Shown piece by piece: positions 16,719 to 25,059 of a DNA stretch of 47,603 nucleotides. Origin of the DNA: an uncultured Methanosarcinales archaeon (GTDB lineage: Archaea; Nanobdellota; Nanobdellia; Woesearchaeales; CAZPJY01). The first letter of the stretch is position 1, and every line of letters begins with the position of its first letter. The notes beneath the pieces are model-generated. The model saw only the letters and a program-made list of their open reading frames with translations, was not told the DNA's origin and did no database searches. The position numbers were made by a program, and so were the translations under genes. The stretch is taken from assembly GCA_964587045.1 (NCBI GenBank), contig CAZPJY010000011.1, forward strand, positions 1 through 47,603, given 5' to 3'.

Positions 16719-18227
16719 ATGGCACAGCTCCCGACTCCTTACCTCTTCGAGTTCTCACACCCTGTCGTGGTGTATTATGGAAGGATACTTGTGCCATCTT
16801 CCACTTCTTCTTCCCAAAAACTGGAGCTTGGGAGCAAAAGCCTAAGCCTCGAAGAGGGAATCAGCATTCGGGAGCTCGAGGAGATGTACCGCTCCCACCA
16901 CAGCGATGCGATAGACACAATCAAGCAGGAGTTCATCGAAAACGAGCTGCGCCAGAGCTTCCTCTCAAGAGAGATAGTCGACTCGGCCCTTAGGGACAAC
17001 CGGACCCTATCATTCATCATAAATGATATCCTTCCCATCCTGACATCCAACAGCCTCGATTCAGCAATAGATGACGCTTTGACCGACACGCGCTCGGGTT
17101 CCGTAGACTACAGAGCCATGCTCGGAATCAGAAGCTCTTCCTCTGGATCGGCAGACGTGAGCAGTAGGGAATTAAACCAGGCCAAGAGGGAAGCAGAGAG
17201 GAGAGTCAAATCAGATTACCAACAGTACGAGAGGAGACGGGCAGGACGCAGGGACGACCTCGACGTCGCGATAAGCTATTACTTTGGCAGGCCGCAGGCG
17301 GGATGGCACAATGACGGGTCAGTATTCTCAGAATATGTTATCGGATCAAAAAACATTATGATACTCAATTCAAACATATACACACTCTATCCACCCAAGG
17401 AACTTCTCAGGCTTTTTAGCCAGGAGTTCGACAGGAACGCATATGATAACATTATCCGCATGTCTGACTCCGACCCGCGGGAGACCGCTGACTTCATCGA
17501 ATCCCATCCGGATGTGATCTCGCACCAAGCAAAATCCAGGATCGTCAACAAGCTCGCGGGCAGCAGGCTCACGATTGACGACAATTACTACATCCCGCTA
17601 CTCTCATCAGAAGGAAACGAAATCAAAATCAGATATTCCAAGCTGATAGAGCGCGAGCTGAAGCTCGAAGCTATAGAGGAAAACCAGTTCCGCACCGCCC
17701 AATACCAGATGATGCAGCAGGAACGTGAGACCCTCGCAAACCTCGCTACCAGGAGGAGGTTTGAGCACAACGGCGCTGGCTTCGAGAAAGCTGAGAGCGG
17801 CTACTACGTCTATGCGACTACTCCTGAATACGCGCTCAAAAGCCCCCACACTGGCACCTACTTCCGGTTCGGCAAAGCCAAGGTCGGGGTGAGAATCGAA
17901 TCCTACAATGGCTCATTTGATATAAGAGGGCCGATAGTGCTGAACCGGTACTCCCATCCTTTCCTGTATGGAAACCGTGAAAAGCAGAGCATCTGCCTTG
18001 GGGCCTTTGACTCCAGCAATTTCTCTAGGCTGAGACCTGCTGAGAAGGTCCAGGCGATGATCGCCCAGGGTATCAAGACCCTCATGATGGGCTACAGGTC
18101 AGGATCCAGTCCACACCATGAACTGGGCTCAGGATTCAGGTCCATCTCAAAGCAGGAGATTGAACGGAGGAAGATACCGGTGCTGAACGAATCCATGGTA
18201 AACGAATATGTGAGAGGAGGAATATGA
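16719..18227 (+). CDS. Large protein with helical/coiled-coil regions and a C-terminal E2 (UBC-like) domain
   Basis: Beta-rich stretch followed by SHPFLYGNREKQSICLG; Cys426 is the only Cys in 502 aa; adjacent to JAB and E1 genes. Confidence 0.65.
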   Translation: MAQLPTPYLFEFSHPVVVYYGRILVPSSTSSSQKLELGSKSLSLEEGISIRELEEMYRSHHSDAIDTIKQEFIENELRQSFLSREIVDSALRDNRTLSFIINDILPILTSNSLDSAIDDALTDTRSGSVDYRAMLGIRSSSSGSADVSSRELNQAKREAERRVKSDYQQYERRRAGRRDDLDVAISYYFGRPQAGWHNDGSVFSEYVIGSKNIMILNSNIYTLYPPKELLRLFSQEFDRNAYDNIIRMSDSDPRETADFIESHPDVISHQAKSRIVNKLAGSRLTIDDNYYIPLLSSEGNEIKIRYSKLIERELKLEAIEENQFRTAQYQMMQQERETLANLATRRRFEHNGAGFEKAESGYYVYATTPEYALKSPHTGTYFRFGKAKVGVRIESYNGSFDIRGPIVLNRYSHPFLYGNREKQSICLGAFDSSNFSRLRPAEKVQAMIAQGIKTLMMGYRSGSSPHHELGSGFRSISKQEIERRKIPVLNESMVNEYVRGGI

Positions 18228-19906
18228 AGGAATTAGACTTGCAAATCCTAGGCGAGCTCAAAGAGGAGAAGAAAGCTGAGGAGAGAATCTACAGGATAAC
18301 TCAAGGAGCGTACCAAAAGATTATGACTTACGCGCGCATCGCATCAGAGATCGCAGGCACTGGCATGGAATGTTACGGCTACCTGCTGGCGGACTCCGAG
18401 AGCCTGGACGGGGTCGTGAGGGACGCGTACTTCGCACCTGACCAGGACGCGCAATCAGCATATGTGAGGGTCAGCGAGGAAGGGGTCTACCAGGCGTCAA
18501 AAGAATTCGAGCCCATCGGAAAGTACATAGTCGGTTGGTGGCACTCCCACGGTGACATGACCACCTTCCATTCGGGGACTGACGATCGCAACTTCCTCCA
18601 GATACTGCACTCTGTTGCCCCACAGACGATGTACAGGAAGGAAGAGGTTGAACCGGTGCTGGACGGGGACGTTCTGTACTTCGACGAGTACAAGCTCAAG
18701 GTGGATGACGCGGACTCGCTGAAGAAGAACATGAGTCTTATCAAGAAGGCAAAGGACGACCCTTACGCGTTCTCGATGGTGGTAAACATCTTCGGAGAGT
18801 ACTATCTTGAGCACATCACCAAGAAGTTCAGGCATGCCACACGAAGCTACGAGGTCCAGCAGCCGACCCACCCTAAAATTGAGTTTGTCCAAGCAGAGGA
18901 CGACGTGACCTTCACCGCATCGGAGCTCGAGCAGGACATCTGGTCGAAGATAAACTTCAACGGAGCAGACACCCTCTATGACGCGCCGAGGCATTACAGC
19001 ACAGAAAAGTCCAGAATGGGATGGTTCGAGAGGCTGTGGTACGGCAAGCCCAGGTACCAAAGGCAAATAGAGTCATTTGCAAAAAAGGCATCGGAGCATG
19101 TGAACCAAGGCGGAAAATATGCGGGCTTCCTCTCAGGATTCATGCTTTCAGACAACCCCTACAGCGTCCTGTCCGGGGGCAGGACAGGAAGACCAAGGAA
19201 AGTCTCGGCAGATAAGGCATACAAGAACCTGACAGACGTGTTAGACAACCTTGACGACCCGATATATAGCAATGGCGGCAAGAAAATCGGAATCCAAGAG
19301 CAAAGAAACCTTCTCATATACAACTTCATCGAGGACTTCCTTGAGGATCCGGAAGGGAAAGTGATGAAATACCGGAAGGAAGCCGAGATCCTCAACGAGT
19401 GCTTCAGGAAAGCTGTCAACGCCACCAACGCCCTCGCAGAGTACGCCCTGGAGACCTACACGGATTACAGGAACGAGAGGGTCCACAAGTACACGAACCT
19501 GGTCTCGAACATCATGGCGAGACTTGACACCGCCAGATACGTCGACTTCAATGAGGAAGTCGTCAATGAGCTCAAGGGTTTCAGGAGCGGGGACTGGACC
19601 AACGACATGCCCCTGTACGCTCAGAGGAGGAAGGTTGTGGACCAGTTCGTCCATGATTACCTCGAAAACGCGGGTAGTGGCGGCAACGCGGATGAAGTGG
19701 CGTTCCTCGAAGGATTCACAAACCTTTACAGTTCTGGAGGTGATGTCGACTCCTTCCTCGAGGAGAAGCTTGGCATCTCACATGAAAGATTCAGGGATAC
19801 GGCCAAGGCGCAACCCAAGAGGAAAACTTACCGCGCAGAGCCGGTCAAGACTTACCCCCCTAACGATAAAGATATCTTCAGTTGGATGGAGGCCACTTTA
19901 CTATGA
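18224..19906 (+). CDS. JAB/MPN+ (JAMM) metallo-isopeptidase with a long C-terminal extension
   Basis: E49 in MECYGYLL; VGWWHSHGDMTTFHSGTDD = H107-x-H109-x7-S-x2-D120. Confidence 0.92.
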   Translation: MKELDLQILGELKEEKKAEERIYRITQGAYQKIMTYARIASEIAGTGMECYGYLLADSESLDGVVRDAYFAPDQDAQSAYVRVSEEGVYQASKEFEPIGKYIVGWWHSHGDMTTFHSGTDDRNFLQILHSVAPQTMYRKEEVEPVLDGDVLYFDEYKLKVDDADSLKKNMSLIKKAKDDPYAFSMVVNIFGEYYLEHITKKFRHATRSYEVQQPTHPKIEFVQAEDDVTFTASELEQDIWSKINFNGADTLYDAPRHYSTEKSRMGWFERLWYGKPRYQRQIESFAKKASEHVNQGGKYAGFLSGFMLSDNPYSVLSGGRTGRPRKVSADKAYKNLTDVLDNLDDPIYSNGGKKIGIQEQRNLLIYNFIEDFLEDPEGKVMKYRKEAEILNECFRKAVNATNALAEYALETYTDYRNERVHKYTNLVSNIMARLDTARYVDFNEEVVNELKGFRSGDWTNDMPLYAQRRKVVDQFVHDYLENAGSGGNADEVAFLEGFTNLYSSGGDVDSFLEEKLGISHERFRDTAKAQPKRKTYRAEPVKTYPPNDKDIFSWMEATLL

Positions 19907-21288
19907 GCGTAGAAGAGACACTCGACCGCTACTCCCGCCAAGAGCTGATAAGCGGGTGGGACCAAGGTAAGCTCGAGGGATCCAAGATAGCTATCGTCGG
20001 AGGCGGGATGCTCGGGCAGATGCTGGGCCTCACTATGAGTGCTCTCGGTTTTGGAAGCCTTGAAATTTATGGTGTTGGAGAGTCGATTTTCGGAAACGCA
20101 AAGGAAGCAGCGGCCTTCTACACCCGAGTCAACCCTCTGGTGACCGCAAAGGGATATGGACTAGATGTGTGGAAAAGCCCAGCATTGCTCGGAATCCATG
20201 ACCTGATAATTGACGCGAGCAACAACCCCGCGGCCAAGCTGGCGCTGGCAGACTACGCGATAGCAAACCACATCCACTTCCTGAGTGCATCGTCAGGCAA
20301 GGGTGAATCCAGGATGGGCATGCTTTCCAAAAGCAGGGTTTCTAGACGCATGCTCGAGAATATCCTATTCACAACGCTTGAAAATGAGGAGCAGGGGGCG
20401 TTGCCAAGCATGCTCATGGCAGGCGTGGTGGCAGAGGAGGCCCGCAAGTGCGTGATGCCGATCCCAAACGACGACACGCTTGAGGACATAATCATCTACA
20501 ACCTCATGTCGAAGAAGCGTTTCGACTCCTCAAAGGATGAGGATGAAGTCAAATTCGACGCCTTCAAGGACAAGAGGGTCCTGATGGTTGGCGCTGGGGC
20601 GCTAGGGACCTTCGCTGGGCTCGGGCTGGCGCTCTACGGCATAAGAGAGCTGGACATTGCGGACGGGGACACTGTGGAATCGACCAATCTGAACAGGCAG
20701 GTGCTGTACTATGAGTCCATTGGCGAGAGGAAAGCGGCAGCACTCGCCGAAAAGCTCACACGATTTGCACCCAACTCAAGAATTGTCCCCCTTGTCGAAT
20801 ACATCACGCCGGAATCAGAGCAAAAGATCGCCCGCAGGAAGTACGACCTAATCATCGAGACGGTCGATAACAATAAGGCTAGGGCGCTCATCAACTACTT
20901 CGCAAGGAAGTACAGGATTCCACTGATATCCGGAGGGACCAGCTTCTCAGCCGGCCAGACTGTAGTCTACAAACCTGGCGAGACCTCTTGCCTCAACTGC
21001 CAGGCCGACATCGACAAGCTCGCGGCAGCAAGCCACAGGCCGGCAAGCTGCATCTACGCCCCAGAACCGAGCGTGGTCATCTCCAACCAGATCATTGGAG
21101 CGTCTATAGTCGGGGAGGCTCTGTCATTATTCTCCCGCAAGGCCGTCAACGGAATCATCAAGTACGTCTCGCAGGAGAGCTACAGGCTTGGGATGCTGCC
21201 GACCAGTCCAGCCTGCGACTGCCACAAGGACGCCGGCGGCTGGATGGAAAAGATGGGATACCTGTATGCGGGTGAGCCTCATGGATGA
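19903..21288 (+). CDS. E1-like activating enzyme with two tandem ThiF/MoeB domains
   Basis: Domain 1: DRYSRQ...IAIVGGGMLG, no NLNRQ. Domain 2: VLMVGAGALG, DGDTVESTNLNRQ, VDN..AR, CLNC, SC, CDCH. ATGA overlap with the JAB gene. Confidence 0.92.
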   Translation: MSVEETLDRYSRQELISGWDQGKLEGSKIAIVGGGMLGQMLGLTMSALGFGSLEIYGVGESIFGNAKEAAAFYTRVNPLVTAKGYGLDVWKSPALLGIHDLIIDASNNPAAKLALADYAIANHIHFLSASSGKGESRMGMLSKSRVSRRMLENILFTTLENEEQGALPSMLMAGVVAEEARKCVMPIPNDDTLEDIIIYNLMSKKRFDSSKDEDEVKFDAFKDKRVLMVGAGALGTFAGLGLALYGIRELDIADGDTVESTNLNRQVLYYESIGERKAAALAEKLTRFAPNSRIVPLVEYITPESEQKIARRKYDLIIETVDNNKARALINYFARKYRIPLISGGTSFSAGQTVVYKPGETSCLNCQADIDKLAAASHRPASCIYAPEPSVVISNQIIGASIVGEALSLFSRKAVNGIIKYVSQESYRLGMLPTSPACDCHKDAGGWMEKMGYLYAGEPHG

Positions 21289-22075
21289 TTTGACTAGCAT
21301 CATGGACGACCTAAAGCAGGGGCAGAGGAGGAGCAACCTGGAGGACCTAAAGCTCGAAAGAGCTCCGACTCCTGAGCAGGCTGTCGGTTACATGCTGATG
21401 AGGTCGCCAAACGAGTCGAATCGCGACTACAGATACAACTTTGATCCCCTTGAGAACCTTTACATGAAGAAGTTGGTGTCAGAGAGGGTGCTGGAGAACA
21501 GGATCATCATGGACGCAGACGACTACTTCAAAGGTATAGTATTCCTGGACTACTACGCAAACGTCATCAGGGGCAGCACCTCCTTCCTCTCGGACATGTA
21601 CGAGATCGCCCAGCAGCTGGAAGGCTTGAGGCAGGACCTTGACCCGGACCTCAAGCTCATCGTTACATACACAAGCATTTCTTACATCTCACAGTTCCAG
21701 ATGCCGATGCGCTCGCAAAACACCACATCATCCGCTATCAGGAGGCATGAGAGCCTCAACACGATTATCAGCGACCCCTACATTTCATTGAGGGAGATCG
21801 ACCCGACCTACAGCAGCCTCGCTTCGATGGTTTGTTCTCAGTTCCAAGACGAGCGGATAAAAGGGATGATTCCAAATGCGACTGGAGCCTACGACCTCAA
21901 AGCACTAATGTTCACCGACGCCCTCCTTCCTTACATTGAGAGCAAGGAACTGGTCTACCACAGACTGGAGATCAATGAATATGCCAAGGCAGCCATGCGA
22001 GCGCTCGCTCTGGCGGCAAAGGAACTCTCATACGACACAATGAATGAGTATATAGAACGGCTGGGTGGTTCGTGA
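21281..22075 (+). CDS. Hypothetical protein within the Ub-like operon
   Basis: ATG 21281 preceded by GGTGA, overlaps the E1 stop; mostly helical-looking; no family recognised. Confidence 0.75.
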   Translation: MDDLTSIMDDLKQGQRRSNLEDLKLERAPTPEQAVGYMLMRSPNESNRDYRYNFDPLENLYMKKLVSERVLENRIIMDADDYFKGIVFLDYYANVIRGSTSFLSDMYEIAQQLEGLRQDLDPDLKLIVTYTSISYISQFQMPMRSQNTTSSAIRRHESLNTIISDPYISLREIDPTYSSLASMVCSQFQDERIKGMIPNATGAYDLKALMFTDALLPYIESKELVYHRLEINEYAKAAMRALALAAKELSYDTMNEYIERLGGS

Positions 22076-23457
22076 TGGGACAGGTAGAGACCCTAACGAA
22101 AAAAGCCTTCGAAAAGAGCAGGATCGGGTCGGTCGCTGAGCTCGAGAATGTCGCCGGAAGCGAGGACTCAGACATACTTTCAGTGGCGAATTCGATGACG
22201 TTGCGGTTCCAAAAGGCTCTCCATTGGGCAGCGGAACCGGCAGTCATCAACAATCTCTTCGAGGTTGGGATGCTCTTTGGATCGTACCCTGTCGTGAAGA
22301 ATCTGCAAGCGGACCGGATATCACAAAGCGAATATGAGTACTTCCTCAAGCACAAGGCGGTGCCTTATGTCCCCATGTACAGAGACGGCAACAAGTTCAA
22401 AATCGACGACAAGATGCTCGGAGACATCATCAAAGAATTAGGCGGCAAGGAGGCGTTGGGATACATCGAAGGGGCTGTCCTTGAGATGAGACGTGCTGGC
22501 AGCCGGAACCTGGTCAAGCAGCTGCTGCTGGCCTACCATTCAGGGAACGAGGGCCTTCGGAAGGAGGTCGAAAAAGACATGAAGAACGTGCCTAGAAGGG
22601 GCTCTCTGGAATCCCTAATCAGGGAGCACTGTGCAATGCAAGGCTACAAGTTCAGGGGGTTGCTGCAGGCAGGCGACGCGGACAGGTACTACCCGGTAGC
22701 GAGCAATCTCTTCCTTGCCACCGCAGATGGAGACGCAGTGGTGCTCAAGGAGAACCTCAAGCTGAACGTCGACTACTCCCGTTTCAACGGCTACACTATG
22801 GAAAAGGAGATCTACCAGCTCGGATTGAGCCATCCGTCGATGCTTAAGATGAAAAAGAGCTTCCTCCTAGACGGGCACGAGTTTCTCGAGCTGCCGTTCG
22901 TGGATGGCGAGAACCTCAAACGCTACACCAGGACCAGCTCCAGGCTGAGTGAGTCAGAGTCCTTCGATATCGCGATTCAGCTCGCCGACGTCCTGAGCCA
23001 TCTCCACAATAACGGAATCGTCTACATGGACGTCAAGGACAAAAACGTTCTGCTAAAGGGCGGCAGGGCGACGCTCATCGATTTCGGGATGGCACAGATA
23101 CTGGGAAAGAGAACTTATGCTCACTCACTTCTCTCGACCCCGAGATACGTTGCGCCTGAGATGGGGCTTCGCTTCAGGGCATGCCCCGAGACTGACACCT
23201 TCCAGCTTGGAATACTTCTCTATGAGCTGCTTTACCACGAGCATCCCTTCGCGACACAGGGTTTCCGGGAGGGCGACAGCTACAGGGAAAGCGAGATAGT
23301 CAAGTACGCTCTGCCGAACTGCCTGTCGCAGTGGCAGCCCAAAGGCAAGTATGACGGCTTCTTTTCCCAGGTCTTCGAGAAGGACCCGGCCAAAAGGCCT
23401 GACATGTTCTGGGCCAAGAAGGAGCTGGCCAGGCTCAGAGGTGATATCCTTGGATAG
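22072..23457 (+). CDS. Hanks-type Ser/Thr protein kinase with an N-terminal domain of about 190 aa
   Basis: VVLK, helix-C Glu (MEKEI), YMDVKDKNVLL catalytic loop, DFG, TPRYVAPE, DTFQLG, DP.KRP; start GTG 22072 or ATG 22075. Confidence 0.92.
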   Translation: MMGQVETLTKKAFEKSRIGSVAELENVAGSEDSDILSVANSMTLRFQKALHWAAEPAVINNLFEVGMLFGSYPVVKNLQADRISQSEYEYFLKHKAVPYVPMYRDGNKFKIDDKMLGDIIKELGGKEALGYIEGAVLEMRRAGSRNLVKQLLLAYHSGNEGLRKEVEKDMKNVPRRGSLESLIREHCAMQGYKFRGLLQAGDADRYYPVASNLFLATADGDAVVLKENLKLNVDYSRFNGYTMEKEIYQLGLSHPSMLKMKKSFLLDGHEFLELPFVDGENLKRYTRTSSRLSESESFDIAIQLADVLSHLHNNGIVYMDVKDKNVLLKGGRATLIDFGMAQILGKRTYAHSLLSTPRYVAPEMGLRFRACPETDTFQLGILLYELLYHEHPFATQGFREGDSYRESEIVKYALPNCLSQWQPKGKYDGFFSQVFEKDPAKRPDMFWAKKELARLRGDILG

Positions 23458-24058
23458 AGGACTCTACCTGGGAAGGTTCCAGATATTCCATAACGGCCAC
23501 CTCTCCATCATCGAACACCTGGATGCAGAGCCTGACGTCGATGCCTTCGTTATAGCCGTAGGGAGCAGCCAGTACGACCGCAACCACCCGAGCCCCGACG
23601 TCCCTGAAGCAGTTAACCCATTCACCATCGAGGAACGCACGGAGATGATAAGGAGGTCAATCGAAGGCCGGGTAAAGAAGAGGTTTGACCTAGTCCAGCT
23701 GATGGACCTGCACGTATGCGAGCAGTGGAAGAAGTACGTGCTCCACGAGGTTGGCGACTTCAGGTATTTCTACTCAAACAACAGGAGGGAAATTGCGCTC
23801 TTCCACGAAAAGATTGCGCGGCCCGTGCCAATCAAGGACCGCTACCACGCGCAGCTCATACGGGAGATGATCGCTGCGGGCGACCACTTTGAGAAGTACG
23901 TGCCTTCCGGGACTGCCTCGGTCGTGCGCGACTACGACTTGGTCAGGGTCCTAAAGGAGTTCTACAGCTCCCACCAGGAGGAGCTTGAGGAGATCCACCG
24001 GCTCGACAGGGGCAGAGGCATCCTCACCTACCCCCAGTTCAGGGGTGAGAGCACATGA
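23450..24058 (+). CDS. Nicotinamide-nucleotide adenylyltransferase-like (cytidyltransferase family)
   Basis: RGLYLGRFQIFHNGH, IAVGSSQ, NPFT.EER..MI, IRE.I; probable TTG start at 23450 after GAGGTGA (alternative GTG 23441). Confidence 0.88.
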   Translation: MDRGLYLGRFQIFHNGHLSIIEHLDAEPDVDAFVIAVGSSQYDRNHPSPDVPEAVNPFTIEERTEMIRRSIEGRVKKRFDLVQLMDLHVCEQWKKYVLHEVGDFRYFYSNNRREIALFHEKIARPVPIKDRYHAQLIREMIAAGDHFEKYVPSGTASVVRDYDLVRVLKEFYSSHQEELEEIHRLDRGRGILTYPQFRGEST

Positions 24059-25059
24059 GGGACAAGCCTAAGATAATCTGCACCCTCGGCACTACGACAG
24101 ACGACAAGGACGTCCTGAGGGACATGGTCAGGTACGGGATGAACTGCGCGCGCATCAACACCGCATACGCGGGGCTGCCTGAGTACGCGCAGAGGATCAG
24201 GATGGTTCGGGAGATCGCGGACATCCCTATCATGCTGGACCTAAAAGGGCCGCAGGTGAGGCTGCACAGCCTGGTCAACTACAGGATAAGGAAGGGCGAC
24301 AGGCTCATAATCGGCTTCAAGGACGAGCCGTTGGCGTTCTCACTTGACTTCTACGACGACATAGGAATCGACGACAGGATCTATTTCGAGAACGGGACCA
24401 TTGAAAGCGTCGTCACTAACAAGGCAGACGACAGGACCATTGACCTCGACATACTCGAACCTGGTGAGGGAACCCTAAGGAACCTCATGGGGGTGAACGT
24501 GCCGGGCAAGTACCTCAACGTACCACGCTTAAACGGTAAGGACCGGGCCGCCCTGAACTTCGCTGCAAATGAACACATAGAACACCTTGCGCTGTCATTC
24601 GTGCAGGACCCAAAAGACGTGCTCGGTCTTTACCGCCTGGCGGAAGGTCTGGGCTACCGGCCAAAAATCTGCGCAAAGATAGAGGACAGAATCGGAATCG
24701 AACGCCTCCCGGCCACGATAGCAGAAGCCAAAAGGGAGGGGATATGTCTCTCGGTCATGGTCGCAAGGGGGGATATGGGAATAGAACTACCTTACTATGA
24801 GGTCCCAAAGGCGCAGCAGGGGATAATCCGGACATGCAAAGATTACAACATCCCTGTGGTGGTCGCAACAGAGATGCTGGAGTCGATGAGGTGGAACTCG
24901 CGCCCCAGCAGGGCCGAAGTGGCTGATGTCGCCTTGGCAGCCTTGCAGGGCGCGGACGCCGTCATGCTCTCAGGCGAGACTTCGAACTCAAGACATCCTG
25001 CAGCGGCCGTGAGGGCGGCATCCGAGATTCTCAGGTATTATAGCAACTATAATAAATGA
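24055..25059 (+). CDS. Pyruvate kinase-like protein, A+B domains only (no C-terminal domain)
   Basis: KIICTLG, MLDLKGPQVR, GVNVPG, ALSFV, AKIE, MVARGDMG, ATEMLESM, PSRAEV.DV, DAVMLSGET; stops at 334 aa. Confidence 0.88.
   Translation: MRDKPKIICTLGTTTDDKDVLRDMVRYGMNCARINTAYAGLPEYAQRIRMVREIADIPIMLDLKGPQVRLHSLVNYRIRKGDRLIIGFKDEPLAFSLDFYDDIGIDDRIYFENGTIESVVTNKADDRTIDLDILEPGEGTLRNLMGVNVPGKYLNVPRLNGKDRAALNFAANEHIEHLALSFVQDPKDVLGLYRLAEGLGYRPKICAKIEDRIGIERLPATIAEAKREGICLSVMVARGDMGIELPYYEVPKAQQGIIRTCKDYNIPVVVATEMLESMRWNSRPSRAEVADVALAALQGADAVMLSGETSNSRHPAAAVRAASEILRYYSNYNK

Noticed and set aside
18213..18227. C-terminal RGGI of the E2-like protein as a Ubl-type GG
   Set aside because: The codons coincide with the GGAGGA Shine-Dalgarno of the next gene; likely a by-product, though not fully excluded.
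16216..21288. Thiamine/molybdopterin sulfur-transfer cluster or CBASS
   Set aside because: No ThiS/MoaD-sized carrier with terminal GG, no biosynthetic partners and no CD-NTase; the E2-like gene and kinase argue for protein conjugation.
22058..22075. C-terminal RLGGS of the 21281 ORF as a second Ubl
   Set aside because: Overlaps the GGTGG SD-like motif of the kinase, and the protein looks helical rather than beta-grasp; would need homologue conservation to revive.
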